Of a DNA stretch of 64,000 nucleotides, positions 38,993 to 51,978 are shown in pieces; the stretch's first letter is position 1, and each line of letters begins with the position of its first letter. The translations under genes and the position numbers were made by a program. The notes beneath the pieces were generated by a model. It did no database searches, had not been told where the DNA came from, and was given only the letters and a program-made list of their open reading frames with translations. This DNA comes from Octopus sinensis (taxonomy: Eukaryota), in the NCBI RefSeq assembly GCF_006345805.1, contig NC_043004.1:54808001-54872000 (forward strand). Reading direction: 5' to 3'.

Positions 38993-40052
38993 CTAATGAT
39001 GGAAAACTACGGCTAACAGTTTCAACAAATCCCGCAGGGTAGCTACTGCTTAATAATAATTATATGTCTTATAAGTGTAGATGCTTCCTCTTACGTTATA
39101 ATATTCCAGGCAGGAATGATGACATTTCTAGTCTGTTTCATCATCAGTTACATGAACTGCTTCCACTAATGATAAATCATTCTAAATGGAGAATCATTTT
39201 AGGCGTAAAATGGAGAATCATTTCCTAATATAATAATGAGCATAGTGTGGCGTGAAAGAGAGAGGTTGGTATGCATGGGCGACTGCTGGTCCTCCATAAA
39301 CAACTTTGCCCGGAGTTGTGCCTCGGAGGGTAACTTTCTAGGTGCATTTCTATGGTCATTCAAGACAGAAAGGGGTCTTCACTATGTATGTAAGTATAAA
39401 CGGGTATGAAAGATAGCTCTGCTTAGTAATTAGTAGATGTTTGGTGCTGGTATCCAATAATTCTTTCATTCTTTTACTGATTTCACAGCGACCACTTTGG
39501 CTACCGTCATCGATAGTTTACTCAATTTTATTATCCCAGTTATTTTAGTGTGAGACTTCATTTATCGATCTGCTTTATTAGAACCACTAAATTACAGGAC
39601 ACATGTTACACGGACACAACACAAGCTTAAACTGAAATGTGCCTGTGCCTCCATCGTATTTGAATCTTTCAGTGCCTAGTATAAAGCCACCTACCCCGTT
39701 CTAGCACATCCATAACTCCTTACTTGAGGAGTCATTTCCCTATCGTTTCTTGTCTTCCATGTTACTTGCTGATTTTCCCTAGAACCAGTGGCACGAAAAC
39801 AAGCACCACACCAGTACATACACTAAATTGATTGGCATTAGGAAGAGCATCCAGCCAAAAGAGTCTCACAAAAGCAGACAATGTAACTCGGCGCTATCCC
39901 GCGGTTCACCAGATCTCGTCAACGGAAGCTAACGGATGATGATGATGATGATGATGATGATGGTAACGACGAAGATGGTGATAATCATGATTGTCTTCGT
40001 GATATATATATATACATAATTATATATATATATATATTCATATATATATATA

Positions 40053-40093
<41 letters not shown>

Positions 40094-40150
40094 CATACAT
40101 GAACATATATATGAATATATGTGTGTATGTGTGTGTGAATTTAATATATA

Positions 40151-40251
<101 letters not shown>

Positions 40252-40342
40252 TATATACCTATATATATATAATATACATGCGTGTAAGTAGAGATATATA
40301 TGTGTGTGTATGCGTATGCATATCTATGCACATGAACACACA

Positions 40343-40376
<34 letters not shown>

Positions 40377-41088
40377 ACACACACACAAACATACACACAC
40401 ACACCACATACACACATACACGAACATATAGATACACACATATATTCCAATATTAGAAGTTTAAAATAAATATGTTTAAAAAAACATATAGAAAATCTTC
40501 ATTGACAGTGAGTAATGGCGAGAAAAAGAAAGTTGAGAATTAAACCAATGTTTGCAAATATTGAAGTCTTTCATCTGGAACCGAATGAAAAGAAAGATTT
40601 GACATTAAAATCTATAACGATTTTCTTTGTTCTTTCAATATACTTCACAGCACGAACTTTGGAGGTTGAATACACAAACATAGCTACATGGTAGGCATAC
40701 ATGTCTAAACAGCATCATGCACATATACCCATATACATGCATAGTCACACATACAAAGAGGCAAATACACACTCACACACATACATATATATACATATAC
40801 ATTGAAACATGGTATATGTGTATGTACATATCTGCATATATATATATATATGTATAAAATCTATATATATATACTATATATATATATATATATATAATAT
40901 ATAATATATGTACATATATATATGTGTGTGTGTGTGCATGTATATGCATATATATGTGCATACATATTGTATGCATTATATGGGTTGGGGCATTTGATTC
41001 TCTATTTCAAAATAGACAATGTTAAATAAATATGTACATATATAAGATCTGACTACATTATGTTAATATATATATATATACACCCACA

Positions 41089-41188
<100 letters not shown>

Positions 41189-41276
41189 CATATATATATA
41201 TACATATATACATAAATATATATACATATATATAAATATGTATATATATATATATACGTACAGACATAGTTTACAA

Positions 41277-41317
<41 letters not shown>

Positions 41318-41462
41318 TAGAGAGAGAGAGAGAGGAGAGGGGAGATGAGAGAGAGAGATACATATATACACATATATATACATATATATGTGTGTATGTC
41401 TATATTCGTTTGCGTGTATGTGTGTATGAATGTATGTTTGTGTGTCTTATGCATTAAGGGTG

Positions 41463-41528
<66 letters not shown>

Positions 41529-41538
41529 ATAGATTGCC

Positions 41539-41590
<52 letters not shown>

Positions 41591-41591
41591 G

Positions 41592-41644
<53 letters not shown>

Positions 41645-41863
41645 TGTACATATGTACATACGTATCTATGCATGTATGCGTGTACGCATCTATGTATTTG
41701 CGTGTACATATTTATATATTATATATATGCATGCACATATATTAACACTTTACCCCTCCCATAGAAACGTACATATATATGTGCGTGTATAAATATATAT
41801 ACATATATATAAATATAAATATGTATATATATATATACGTACAGACACATATTTTTGCAAATG

Positions 41864-41910
<47 letters not shown>

Positions 41911-42109
41911 ACATATATACACATATATATACATATATTTACATACATATATATATATGTACATACAACATATGTATATATATATGTGTCTGTATACATA
42001 TATACATATATATATATATACATACATATATATCTATACACATGCATACATACATATATATATATAAATACGTACATGCATGCATACATACATACATATA
42101 TATATATAT

Positions 42110-42281
42110 AGGCGCAGGAGTGGCCGTGTGGTAAGTAGCTTGCTAACCAGCCACACGGTTCCGGGTTCAGTCCCACTGCGTGGCATCTTGGGCAAGTGTC
42201 TTCTGCTATAGCCCCGGGCCGACCAATGCCTTGTGAGAGGATTTGGTAGACGGAAACCGAAAGAAGCCCGTCGTATATATG

Positions 42282-42332
<51 letters not shown>

Positions 42333-42534
42333 GTTTGTGTTTGTCCCCCTAGCATTGCTTGACAACCGATGCTGGTGTGTTTACGTCCCCATCACTTAGC
42401 GGTTCGGCAAAAGAGACCGATAGAATAAGTACTGGGCTCACAAAGAATAAGTCCCGGGGTCGATTTGCTTGACTAAAGACGGTGCTCCAGCATGGCCGCA
42501 GTCAAATGACTGAAACAAGTAAAATAGTAAAAGA

Positions 42535-42537
<3 letters not shown>
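42110..42537 (+). mobile_element. SINE family A, full length
   Basis: Head, internal TA/TG microsatellite and tail are all present. Confidence 0.92.
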
Positions 42538-42601
<64 letters not shown>

Positions 42602-43039
42602 TATATATATACATATATATATATATCGATTATGTAGACATATTGATCACTATCCTTGATGTATGTATGCGTTTAGGCGTGAATGTACCATGTATTTATT
42701 ATATATATCTATATGAATATTGAAACATATATATATAGATAGAAAGAGAAAGAAAGGGAAAGGGAGCGAGACACAGAAATACATATATACGCGCTCGCGC
42801 GTGCGTTTGTGCATCTGTGTGTGCACTTGTGTGTAAGATTCTATTGTTCGACTATAACTGTTATTTGAATATACCTTATATGCTTCAGTCCTTGCACATG
42901 GTTCGGCTGCAGTTCCAAGAAAATTGCTCACTGACTTCAGAATCTCAAAGGATAAGTGAAATACTGAATATGCAATTTAAAATTGTTTTCGTTTCGCCGC
43001 TGGGACAAATGAATGTGCCGAACGAGCCCTTTGACACTA

Positions 43040-44925
43040 CTGCTCCACGCGAAGAGATGGCAATTATCGGTTACATCAAGAGAGAGAGCAAATTGATGTA
43101 ATATCAATCATTGATGAAATGAGCTTAAACTCAGCCACTAGCCCTGATGGATTCCCAGCAATCCTCCTTAAAAAAATGCGAAGGGGTCTTAGCACTACAG
43201 ATCCTCTTCTAAAATGTTATTGCAATTGCTAGAATTCCCAGGAAGTTGACGGAGGCCATACGCCCTATCTATCCATAAAAGAGGAAGCATAGAATATAAT
43301 AAAAATTATAAGCCAATCGCTCTTATCTCACGTGCAAATTAATGTAACGAGTTGTCAGGAGGAAGCTGATCACGAAAGAAAATTCCTTGCTCCCTGACAC
43401 AGGAAAAAGCTGCTTTACGCAGCTTCTGCAACATTCTGACTGGTTACTGAAACTACTTATGAATCACTCATACATGGATATGATATATATGTATAATGGA
43501 AAGGCCTTTGGTGATGTTTATCACGGGTTGACATGTATTACCCTTCCAAGACTTGGTCAACTATACCAAGTCTTGGAAGGGTAATATATGTCAACCCGAG
43601 CGAACGGTTACATAACCCGTCCAAGGAGATATTAAGGGTGAGTAGAGTGTCTCAGGGATCTGTTTTGGAGCCGCAGGTATTTGTGGTGGCCCTCTCAGAT
43701 ATGCCGTTAGTTATACAGGCAGTCACTCCTTCTAGCTATGTCGACGACATAGCACAAGCAATCAAGAATGTTCTCGATGCTAATTTTCTACAGAAAGAGC
43801 TTGATGCTGTATACAAATGGGCCGAAGAAAAACAACTTACAACTTAATGCAGGAAAATTTCAAACTCTCCGCTATCAGCCAGTTTGTGCTAACATACCTA
43901 TTTCTTTATTACCCACAAGGGGCTAAACACAGAGGAGACAAACAAGGACAGAAATAGGTATTAAGTCGACTACATCGACCCCAGTGCGTAACTGGTACTT
44001 AATTTATCGACCCCGAAAGGATGAAAGGCAAAGTCGACCTCGGCGGAATTTGAACTCACAACGTAACGCAGACGAAATACCGCTAAGCATTTCGCCCGGC
44101 GTGCTAACGTTTCTGCCAGCTCGCCGCCTTGTGCTAACATACCCAACATGATTACTTTAGACCAAAAGGAGTGGCAATTCCAGAGTCAAACACAGAGCAG
44201 ATCCTGGGGTTTGATATGAGTAACGATGTATACATATCACCAAGATGATGAAATGCGCAGGCGAATGCCGGATGAATTTTGAGAACTTTCAAAAGAAGAG
44301 ACAAGGAAACTATACTGGTCCTATGGAAAATATTTGTCCTTAGCTGCCTGGACTACTGCTCTCAATTATGGTCACTCTACGGCGTCAATTTAATAGCAGT
44401 GCTCGAGGCAGCTCACCGATGCTACACCAGGAGGGTAGCATGAATGAAACACTTGTGCTACTGGGAAAGACTGAAAGAAATGTGACTCTACTCCTGGAGT
44501 GAAAGCAGTGAAGATATTCAGTGATATAGAAGAGAGGCTATCACCAAACTTTGGCATCGAAAGTCATACTAGGCCCCAAACAGGACACGACTGCACTGTT
44601 CCAAAGGTCTCACGCATCCCGTCTGGAGTAAGAACCAGATACTGCAATAGCTCGATATTCAAAGACCCAAAGATATTTGATATCTTGCCAAAAAAAAGCG
44701 AGAGATCTACATGGGGTGGTGATAGATGTTTCCAAGGAGAATCTTGACCTTTTGCTGTCCAAGATTTCAGCTAAGCTTTCATCACCACGAGAAACTCAAA
44801 CAAAGGCAGCAATATCAAAGTCCTGCAACCACCAAAAGCTAACCTCATAGAAGTATCCATTCCAAAGGTGATGATTCTGGCGGTGCCCCCGCAAGGCCAC
44901 AGCATTTCGTTTGAAACATATAACA
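43040..44925 (+). mobile_element. Heavily decayed CR1-type LINE (RT and 3' region)
   Basis: NSATSPDG, NYKPIALIS, VSQGSVLEP, SYVDD and SCLDYCSQLWS across broken frames. Interrupted by a SINE. Confidence 0.75.
43899..44128 (-). mobile_element. SINE family B, full length, inserted into the CR1
   Basis: 15-bp TSD TTGTGCTAACATACC at 43884-43898 and 44129-44143. Confidence 0.93.
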
Positions 44926-44934
44926 GAATAGATT

Positions 44935-45026
<92 letters not shown>

Positions 45027-45383
45027 TCACATGATATGATATGATATGACGTCATTGTGCGCAAGCATATCATATTCAAACAATACTGTACAAGCAATAA
45101 ATGAACAAGTTATTAATATATTCTTCATTATAACCTCTGGTACATTCTTTCATAATAAAATATTATAGGTCTAATATTTCTTTTTATAAAAATAATATTT
45201 TTTTTTCAAAGCAGTGTCATCAGAAAAGCATCCGATTAGTAAGGCGCTTTCAGCAATACCAATGATTAATATTGAAATTTAATATATAAAATTTAATTAT
45301 ACGTATGTGTATGCACTTGTACGTGTATGTATACATACATTACATACATTTTTCATAATACCACATCTTACAGGTACAGACAT

Positions 45384-45475
<92 letters not shown>

Positions 45476-45497
45476 GCTATCTACACACGCGCGCGCG

Positions 45498-45545
<48 letters not shown>

Positions 45546-45673
45546 ACACATATATATAATATATATATACCAATTGCAGCGTGGAAGTTGTTTGTAAGCC
45601 ATTTAAGAACCACACAAAAGCCGTTCATTCACTTCAACATTTAAATTAATTACTTGCTATGCGAGTACTCTCC

Positions 45674-45757
<84 letters not shown>

Positions 45758-45914
45758 ATATAGTATATATATATAATATATATATATATATATGCATACA
45801 TATATATATATATCTATATATATATAATATATATATATAGATATATATATATATCAATATATATATATATATCTATATACTATATATCTATATATATTGA
45901 TTTATTTAATACAC

Positions 45915-46265
45915 CAGACGTGGCTGTGTGGTAAGAAGTTTGCTTCCTAACCGCATCGCTCCTGGTTCAGTTCCACTGCATGGTAAGCTTCAGGGCAACT
46001 AAAGCCTTGCGAGTGGATTTAGTAAACTGAAAGATGCTTATCCTTTATATATGTGTGCGTTTGTCCCCACCACGGCTTGGCAACCGATGTTGGTTTATTT
46101 ATATCCCCGTAAATTAGCGGTAGGACAAAAAGTTGCCAATATCATATGTAGCAGGCTTAAAGAAAAAATACACATTAGAGTCGATTCATTCGACTAAAAA
46201 TTCTTCAATGCGGTGCCCCACGATGGCCACAGTCTAATGACTGAAACAGATAAAATATAAAAGAT
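45915..46265 (+). mobile_element. Older, diverged SINE family A-related copy
   Basis: GTGGCTGTGTGGTAAGAAG head and CTGAAACAGATAAAA tail. Confidence 0.75.
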
Positions 46266-46378
46266 ACTTTTTTAACGAAAATAGCATTGACAATGGCTTC
46301 GAAGTTTCGGACAGCTAAACTTCAAAGTCACTGTCAGAACTATTTTTGCTTAAAAAAAACAATAAATTTGTACGCTAT

Positions 46379-46790
46379 AGGCGCAGGAGTGGCTGTGTGG
46401 TAAGTAGCTTGCTTACCAACCACATGGTTCTGAGTTCAGTCCCACTGCGTGGCACCTTGGGCAAGTGTCTTCTACTATAGCCTCGGGCCGACCAAAGCCT
46501 TGTGAGTGGATTTGATAGACGGAAACTGAAAGAAGCCCGTCGTATATATGTATATATATATATATGTTTGCGTGTATGTTTGTGTGTCTGTGTTTGTTCC
46601 CCTAGCATTACTTGACAACCGATGCTGGTGTGTTTACGTACCCGTTTCTTAGCGGTTCGGCAAAAGAGACCGATAGAATAAGAACTGGGCTTACAAAGAA
46701 TAAGTCCCGGGGTCGAGTTGCTCGACTAAAGGCAGTGCTCCAGCATGGCCGCAGTCAACTGACTGAAACAAGTAAAAGAGTAAAAGAGTA
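46379..46790 (+). mobile_element. SINE family A, full length
   Basis: Matches 42110-42537. Confidence 0.92.
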
Positions 46791-47019
46791 CAAAAAGTAT
46801 TGTGAAATCCTTCAATTTAATATATTTAATTATTTTTATTTAAATATATTTAATTTAATATATTTAATTATATTTCATCTCTATGAGATAAAAGTAATAA
46901 CTACTATGTACTCTAACTAGCTACTTCGCTTGTTGCAAGATCGGTGACTGGTTGTAACCTAATTGTCTATATATATAGCGAGCTGGGGCGAACTACTGCT
47001 GTCTCTAGCAGACAGGTGT

Positions 47020-47067
47020 CCACTAACGGGATTGAGCATAAATAGCTCGAAACCGACGGTCTGGTGG
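47020..47067 (+). ncRNA. Degenerate minimal hammerhead-like motif within a GC-rich ~250-bp segment (46978-47228)
   Basis: Stem II GAGC/GCTC, GAAA, stem III CCG-A-CGG, GTC triplet, and CCACTA/TGGTGG pairing. The CUGANGA core is not canonical. Confidence 0.35.
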
Positions 47068-47255
47068 TTCCCCCGTCGTCACTAGATGGTAGGGGTTCGG
47101 TCCCCTGCTTGCAATATATATCAGATGCAGATCATATCGATAACCAACTTAGAGGAGGCTGCTCCTGGGGTTAAAAACGGTAGTAACGTCGGTTCCTGTG
47201 GAACAACCATGTTGAAGTGGCGATAAACATTACTTCATATATACATATAATATAT

Positions 47256-47291
<36 letters not shown>

Positions 47292-47359
47292 ATGTGTGGT
47301 GTGTGTGTGTGTGTGTGTATGAATATATGTATGTAGTATGTATGTATATATATAATGTG

Positions 47360-47410
<51 letters not shown>

Positions 47411-47506
47411 GTATATATATATATATATGCATGTATGTATGTATGTATGTATACCAGTACAGTATATATGTTATATCTATGTATGTATATATACATATAT
47501 ATATAG

Positions 47507-47565
<59 letters not shown>

Positions 47566-47638
47566 GAGAGATTATATGTATCTATATATATATCAGTACA
47601 TGTGTATATATTATGTAAGTATATCAGTACATGTGTAA

Positions 47639-47675
<37 letters not shown>

Positions 47676-47679
<4 letters not shown>

Positions 47680-48259
47680 AAATCAAATTGCGATAAAATA
47701 AAAATAATTATAATTATAATCGCTGGTATTACTACACAAGCCATATATTTTTCATATATCAGTACTTAAGGCGAAATATGTGCTAGGAATACAGAAGCTT
47801 GATAAATTAAGTGAAATGAAGATAAAAACATTTACTAAACCGGTAAATTCTCAGACTGCAGTTTCTTTCTTTTCAGCAATAAGATAATTTATTTGCCCAG
47901 GGAGAATTCTTCAGTGAGACCCTGTTTTTCTGGGATCCTAACTCACTAGAAGCATGTTGCGTCTAATGATTTACTCTTCCTAACTAATCATATCACTGCG
48001 CAGACTCCGAACGTCCCGACAAACATAGGGAATTCTGGTATATCGCCTGGCGCTCATAATTTATCGAGAAATATGTAAACAAATCAAATTGCGATAAATA
48101 AAAATAATTATAATCGCTGGTATTACTAACACAAGCCATATATTTTCATATATCAGTACATTAAGGCGAAATATGTGCTAGGAATACAGAAGCTTGATAA
48201 ATTAAGTGAAATGAAGATAAAAACATTTACTAAAAAAACCGGTAAATTCTCAGACTGCA
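47676..48259. repeat. Direct duplication of ~185 bp (47676-47860 / 48077-48259)
   Basis: The copies differ only by small indels. Confidence 0.9.
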
Positions 48260-48280
48260 TATATATATATGTATATATAC

Positions 48281-48331
<51 letters not shown>

Positions 48332-48359
48332 TATATGCATATATATATATGCATATATA

Positions 48360-48951
48360 GGTACAGGACATCACCGACAGTAACAACATGAAATACGAGA
48401 ACAAATGAGTTAAATACGCAAACAACGAGAGAAAGAAATGGAAAACAAGACAAGTAATACAAAGAATACAGAGAACGACGCTTCATCAGTTGTCGGTTGT
48501 CTATCTGCTCCCCATTTCGAGTGGGACAATAGGAATCTGCAAAGACAGTTGCTCCCATAAATACCAAAATAAAATTTGGGATTTATGGAGGGTCACAGTT
48601 GGAAACAAAAGCAGGACAGTGGAGGCATACAAGGAAACCGAACGAAAACAAACACGGAGGGTCGTTAGACCAGAACGAGGAGGAAATAGTGAACGCTGAG
48701 AGAAATATTTTCGTTGAAAAGAGAAAAGATAGAACAGAGAGATAGATGTCCAGTCCTTAGAATTTCCGTGCAGGAAAAGTAATATGGTCACGTGAGGAAA
48801 AGAAAGATGGACCATGGTCATCTAACTAATGAAGGGTCGTTCTTTGTATTCTTTGTATTACTTGTCCCGTTATCCATTTTTTCTCGTTGTTTGCGTATTT
48901 AACATTTGTTCTGGTATTTCATGTTGTTTACTGTTGGTGACGTCCTGTACC
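48360..48951. repeat. Inverted repeat, ~130-bp arms (48360-48491 / 48824-48951)
   Basis: The arms are clearly diverged reverse complements (roughly 85-90% identity by eye). Confidence 0.85.
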
Positions 48952-49015
48952 CATATATGCATATACATAACGCCACGCATCCATTTCCAAGTGTATATAT
49001 ATATATATATATATA

Positions 49016-49419
49016 TACTCTTTTACTTGTTTCAGTCATTTGACTGCGGACATGCTGGAGCACCGCCTTTAGTCGAGCAAATCGACCCCGGGACTTATTA
49101 TTTTTGTAAGCCCAGTACTTATTCTATCGGTCTCTTTTGCCGAACTGCTAAGTGACGGGGACGTAAACACACCAGCATCGGTTGTCAAGCAATGCTAGGG
49201 GAACAAATATAGACACACAAACACACACACATACATATATATATATACATATATGCGACAGGCTTCTTTCAGTTTCCGTCTACCAAATCCACTCACAAGG
49301 CATTGGTCGGCCCGGGGCTATAGCAGAAGACACTTGCCCAAGATGCCACGCAGTGGGACTGAACCCGGAACCATGTGGTTGGTTAGCAAGCTACTTACCA
49401 CGCAGCCACTCCTGCGCCT
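49016..49419 (-). mobile_element. SINE family A, full length
   Basis: Matches the other copies. Confidence 0.92.
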
Positions 49420-49744
49420 ATACTTATATATATATGAAGAATGGGTCAATTAAATTAAAACAAGGCGAAACACACACCGCGTGTATCGGCTAGAAAGTTT
49501 ATTACGAAAACTGCAGGTAAATTAATGAATTCAATGGTCAGTGTAGAGCTGAAACGCTATGTGGCTAGTATCAGGTATCCTGCAAATCCAAGCATGTATC
49601 CAAGAAGTGATTAGTACATTTGCCGCAGTGCAATTTATAGTAATAAGGATTAAATATATGGGTGTTTTGATTATTACTACATATATTTCTGTAGCAATTT
49701 TTTTTGTTTATGGCGCGGTACATTATATATTTTGTCTTAACATC

Positions 49745-50420
49745 CTGGTACTCCGTCGGTTACTACGATGAGGATTCCCAGACCGGGCGTTGTGAGTGTT
49801 TATTGAGCGAAAACACCTAAAGCTCCACGAGGCTCCGGCAGAGGATGGTGGTGATCCCTGCTGTACTCTTTCACCACAACTTTCTCTCACTCTTACTTCC
49901 TGTTTCTGTTGTACCTGTATTTCAAATGGCCGGCCTTGTCACTCTCTGTGTCACGCTGAATATCCCCGAGAACTACGTTAAGGGTACACGTGTCTGTGGA
50001 GTGCTCAGCCACTTACACGTTAATTTCACGAGCAGGCTGTTCCGTTGATTCGGATCAACCGGAACCCTCGTCGTCGTAACCGACGGAGTGCAAAGAGACT
50101 ACGATGAGGATTTAAGTTGATTCGTTCAGTGGAACAGCCTGCTCATGAAATTAACGTGCAAGTGACTGAGCACTCCCTCCGCACACGCGTAACCGTAATG
50201 TAGATCTCAAAGAGATTCAGCGTGACACAGAATGTGACAAGGCTGCCCCTTTGAATTACAGACACTACTCGTTTTTGTCTGCTGAATGAACAAGAGCCAC
50301 TAGAGCAACTTGAAATAAGGTATATTATTGCTCAAGGACACAAAACACCGTCAGTAAATCGAGCTCACGACCTCACAATCGTGAGCCGAATACCATAACC
50401 ACTGAGCCACGCACCTTCAC
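49745..50420 (-). mobile_element. Older tRNA-headed SINE (family D), split by the insertion at 49777-50097
   Basis: tRNA-like head at 50360-50420 (minus); the tail continues at 49745-49776 and is homologous to the family C tail. Confidence 0.75.
49777..50097 (+). mobile_element. SINE family C, 5'-truncated, with TSD
   Basis: Near-identical to 63127-63511. TSD ACTACGATGAGGATT at 49762-49776 and 50098-50112. Confidence 0.92.
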
Positions 50421-50850
50421 GCTTAACATTCTAACAAGAGTTTAGCTAAACTTTTCTTTGGCGCCAATTCTGCGGCATCATTTTAGGTTTAAAGGTTGCC
50501 GGCAGCTCTTATTGATAACGAGCGATAGATACTGTAATTGACCCTTGTCTATGATAATTAATCATCCCCTCATTGGGATTCATTTACACACACAAATATA
50601 TATACGTACGCATATTTATCTACTTTTATATATATATTATATATATATCTATATATATATATATATATATATATGGCAGCCGATAACAAGAATAGATGCT
50701 CGAGGTCAGGCCAATATTATATTTTGAAGTTCAGATTCCAAGAGTTTTACACAGGTTCAATACAAACCCCAGCAAATACAGAAAGGAATTCACTATCATA
50801 TCCCAATTAACTCTCTACACAAATCCTACAATTAAAAACACACACATACA

Positions 50851-50920
<70 letters not shown>

Positions 50921-51312
50921 CATAAACACACAAACGAGCAATGAAAATATAAATAGCCGAAAATATATATATATATATAGCCAGCAGACAAAGTGCAAAG
51001 AGAAAAAAGTAAGAAGTGTGGCCGGAAAGTATGGAAGGGTCACATCATTATCGATAAGATTACAGGCTGTGACGAAAGAACTTTGACACCTAATTAATTA
51101 ATAAACTAACTGATAATAAAACTCAAGTAATATACAACTATCGCGTGGTCTACGTGGCAGCATAAAGGTTCTTAATTTACAATGTTCGTTTCAAATACAT
51201 TTCACGCTAAGAATCTTGAAAAAGGAAATACAAAAAAGAAATGCGAAATGTGCTCTTTTGGTGAGGGGGTGGAGGATTCCGCCCGCGAAAAAGTATAATG
51301 TGTATGTATACA

Positions 51313-51397
<85 letters not shown>

Positions 51398-51534
51398 AGA
51401 TGAATAATCTTGTTGCAGATTAATCAAAAGTTAACCGATACCTTGGTAGCAAAAATCACAGCAGGAGAAAGCACGGTTGGAGGTAAAACCATTTGATGTT
51501 GCAACCGTGCGTTGGTGCGGATAATTGAATTTTA

Positions 51535-51908
51535 ATATTATTAGTGAATTGGAGAAATGGAGTTGAACGAAGATTGAACAGAATTCCTTTTATTGCATTC
51601 TACACATGTTTCAAAAGCCACAATTTTCCAAATTCTGATTAAATAAGGGTACCATATTGTGGCTTTCTCTTCAGGAAAAAAGTTCAGCCATGGGCTCTTA
51701 AAGAGCCTCCTCGTTCAAATTGCTTTGCTGCGCCTCTGTTCTGTTTTGTTCTGCCAACGGAATTCCTATTTTTTTCCTGAAGAGAAAGCCACAATATGGT
51801 ATCCTTATTTAATCAGAATTTGGAAAATTGTGGCTTTTGAAACATGTGTAGAATGCAATAAAAGGAATTCTGTTCAATCTTCGTTCAACTCCATTTCTCC
51901 AATTCACT

Positions 51909-51916
<8 letters not shown>
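51535..51916. mobile_element. Second long-TIR element related to 33931-34981; ~147-bp arms
   Basis: Arms 51535-51681 and 51770-51916; TTAGTG...CACTAA ends flanked by TA. Confidence 0.8.
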
Positions 51917-51947
<31 letters not shown>

Positions 51948-51978
51948 ATAGGATTAGCTCGTATACGAGTAGGTATAT

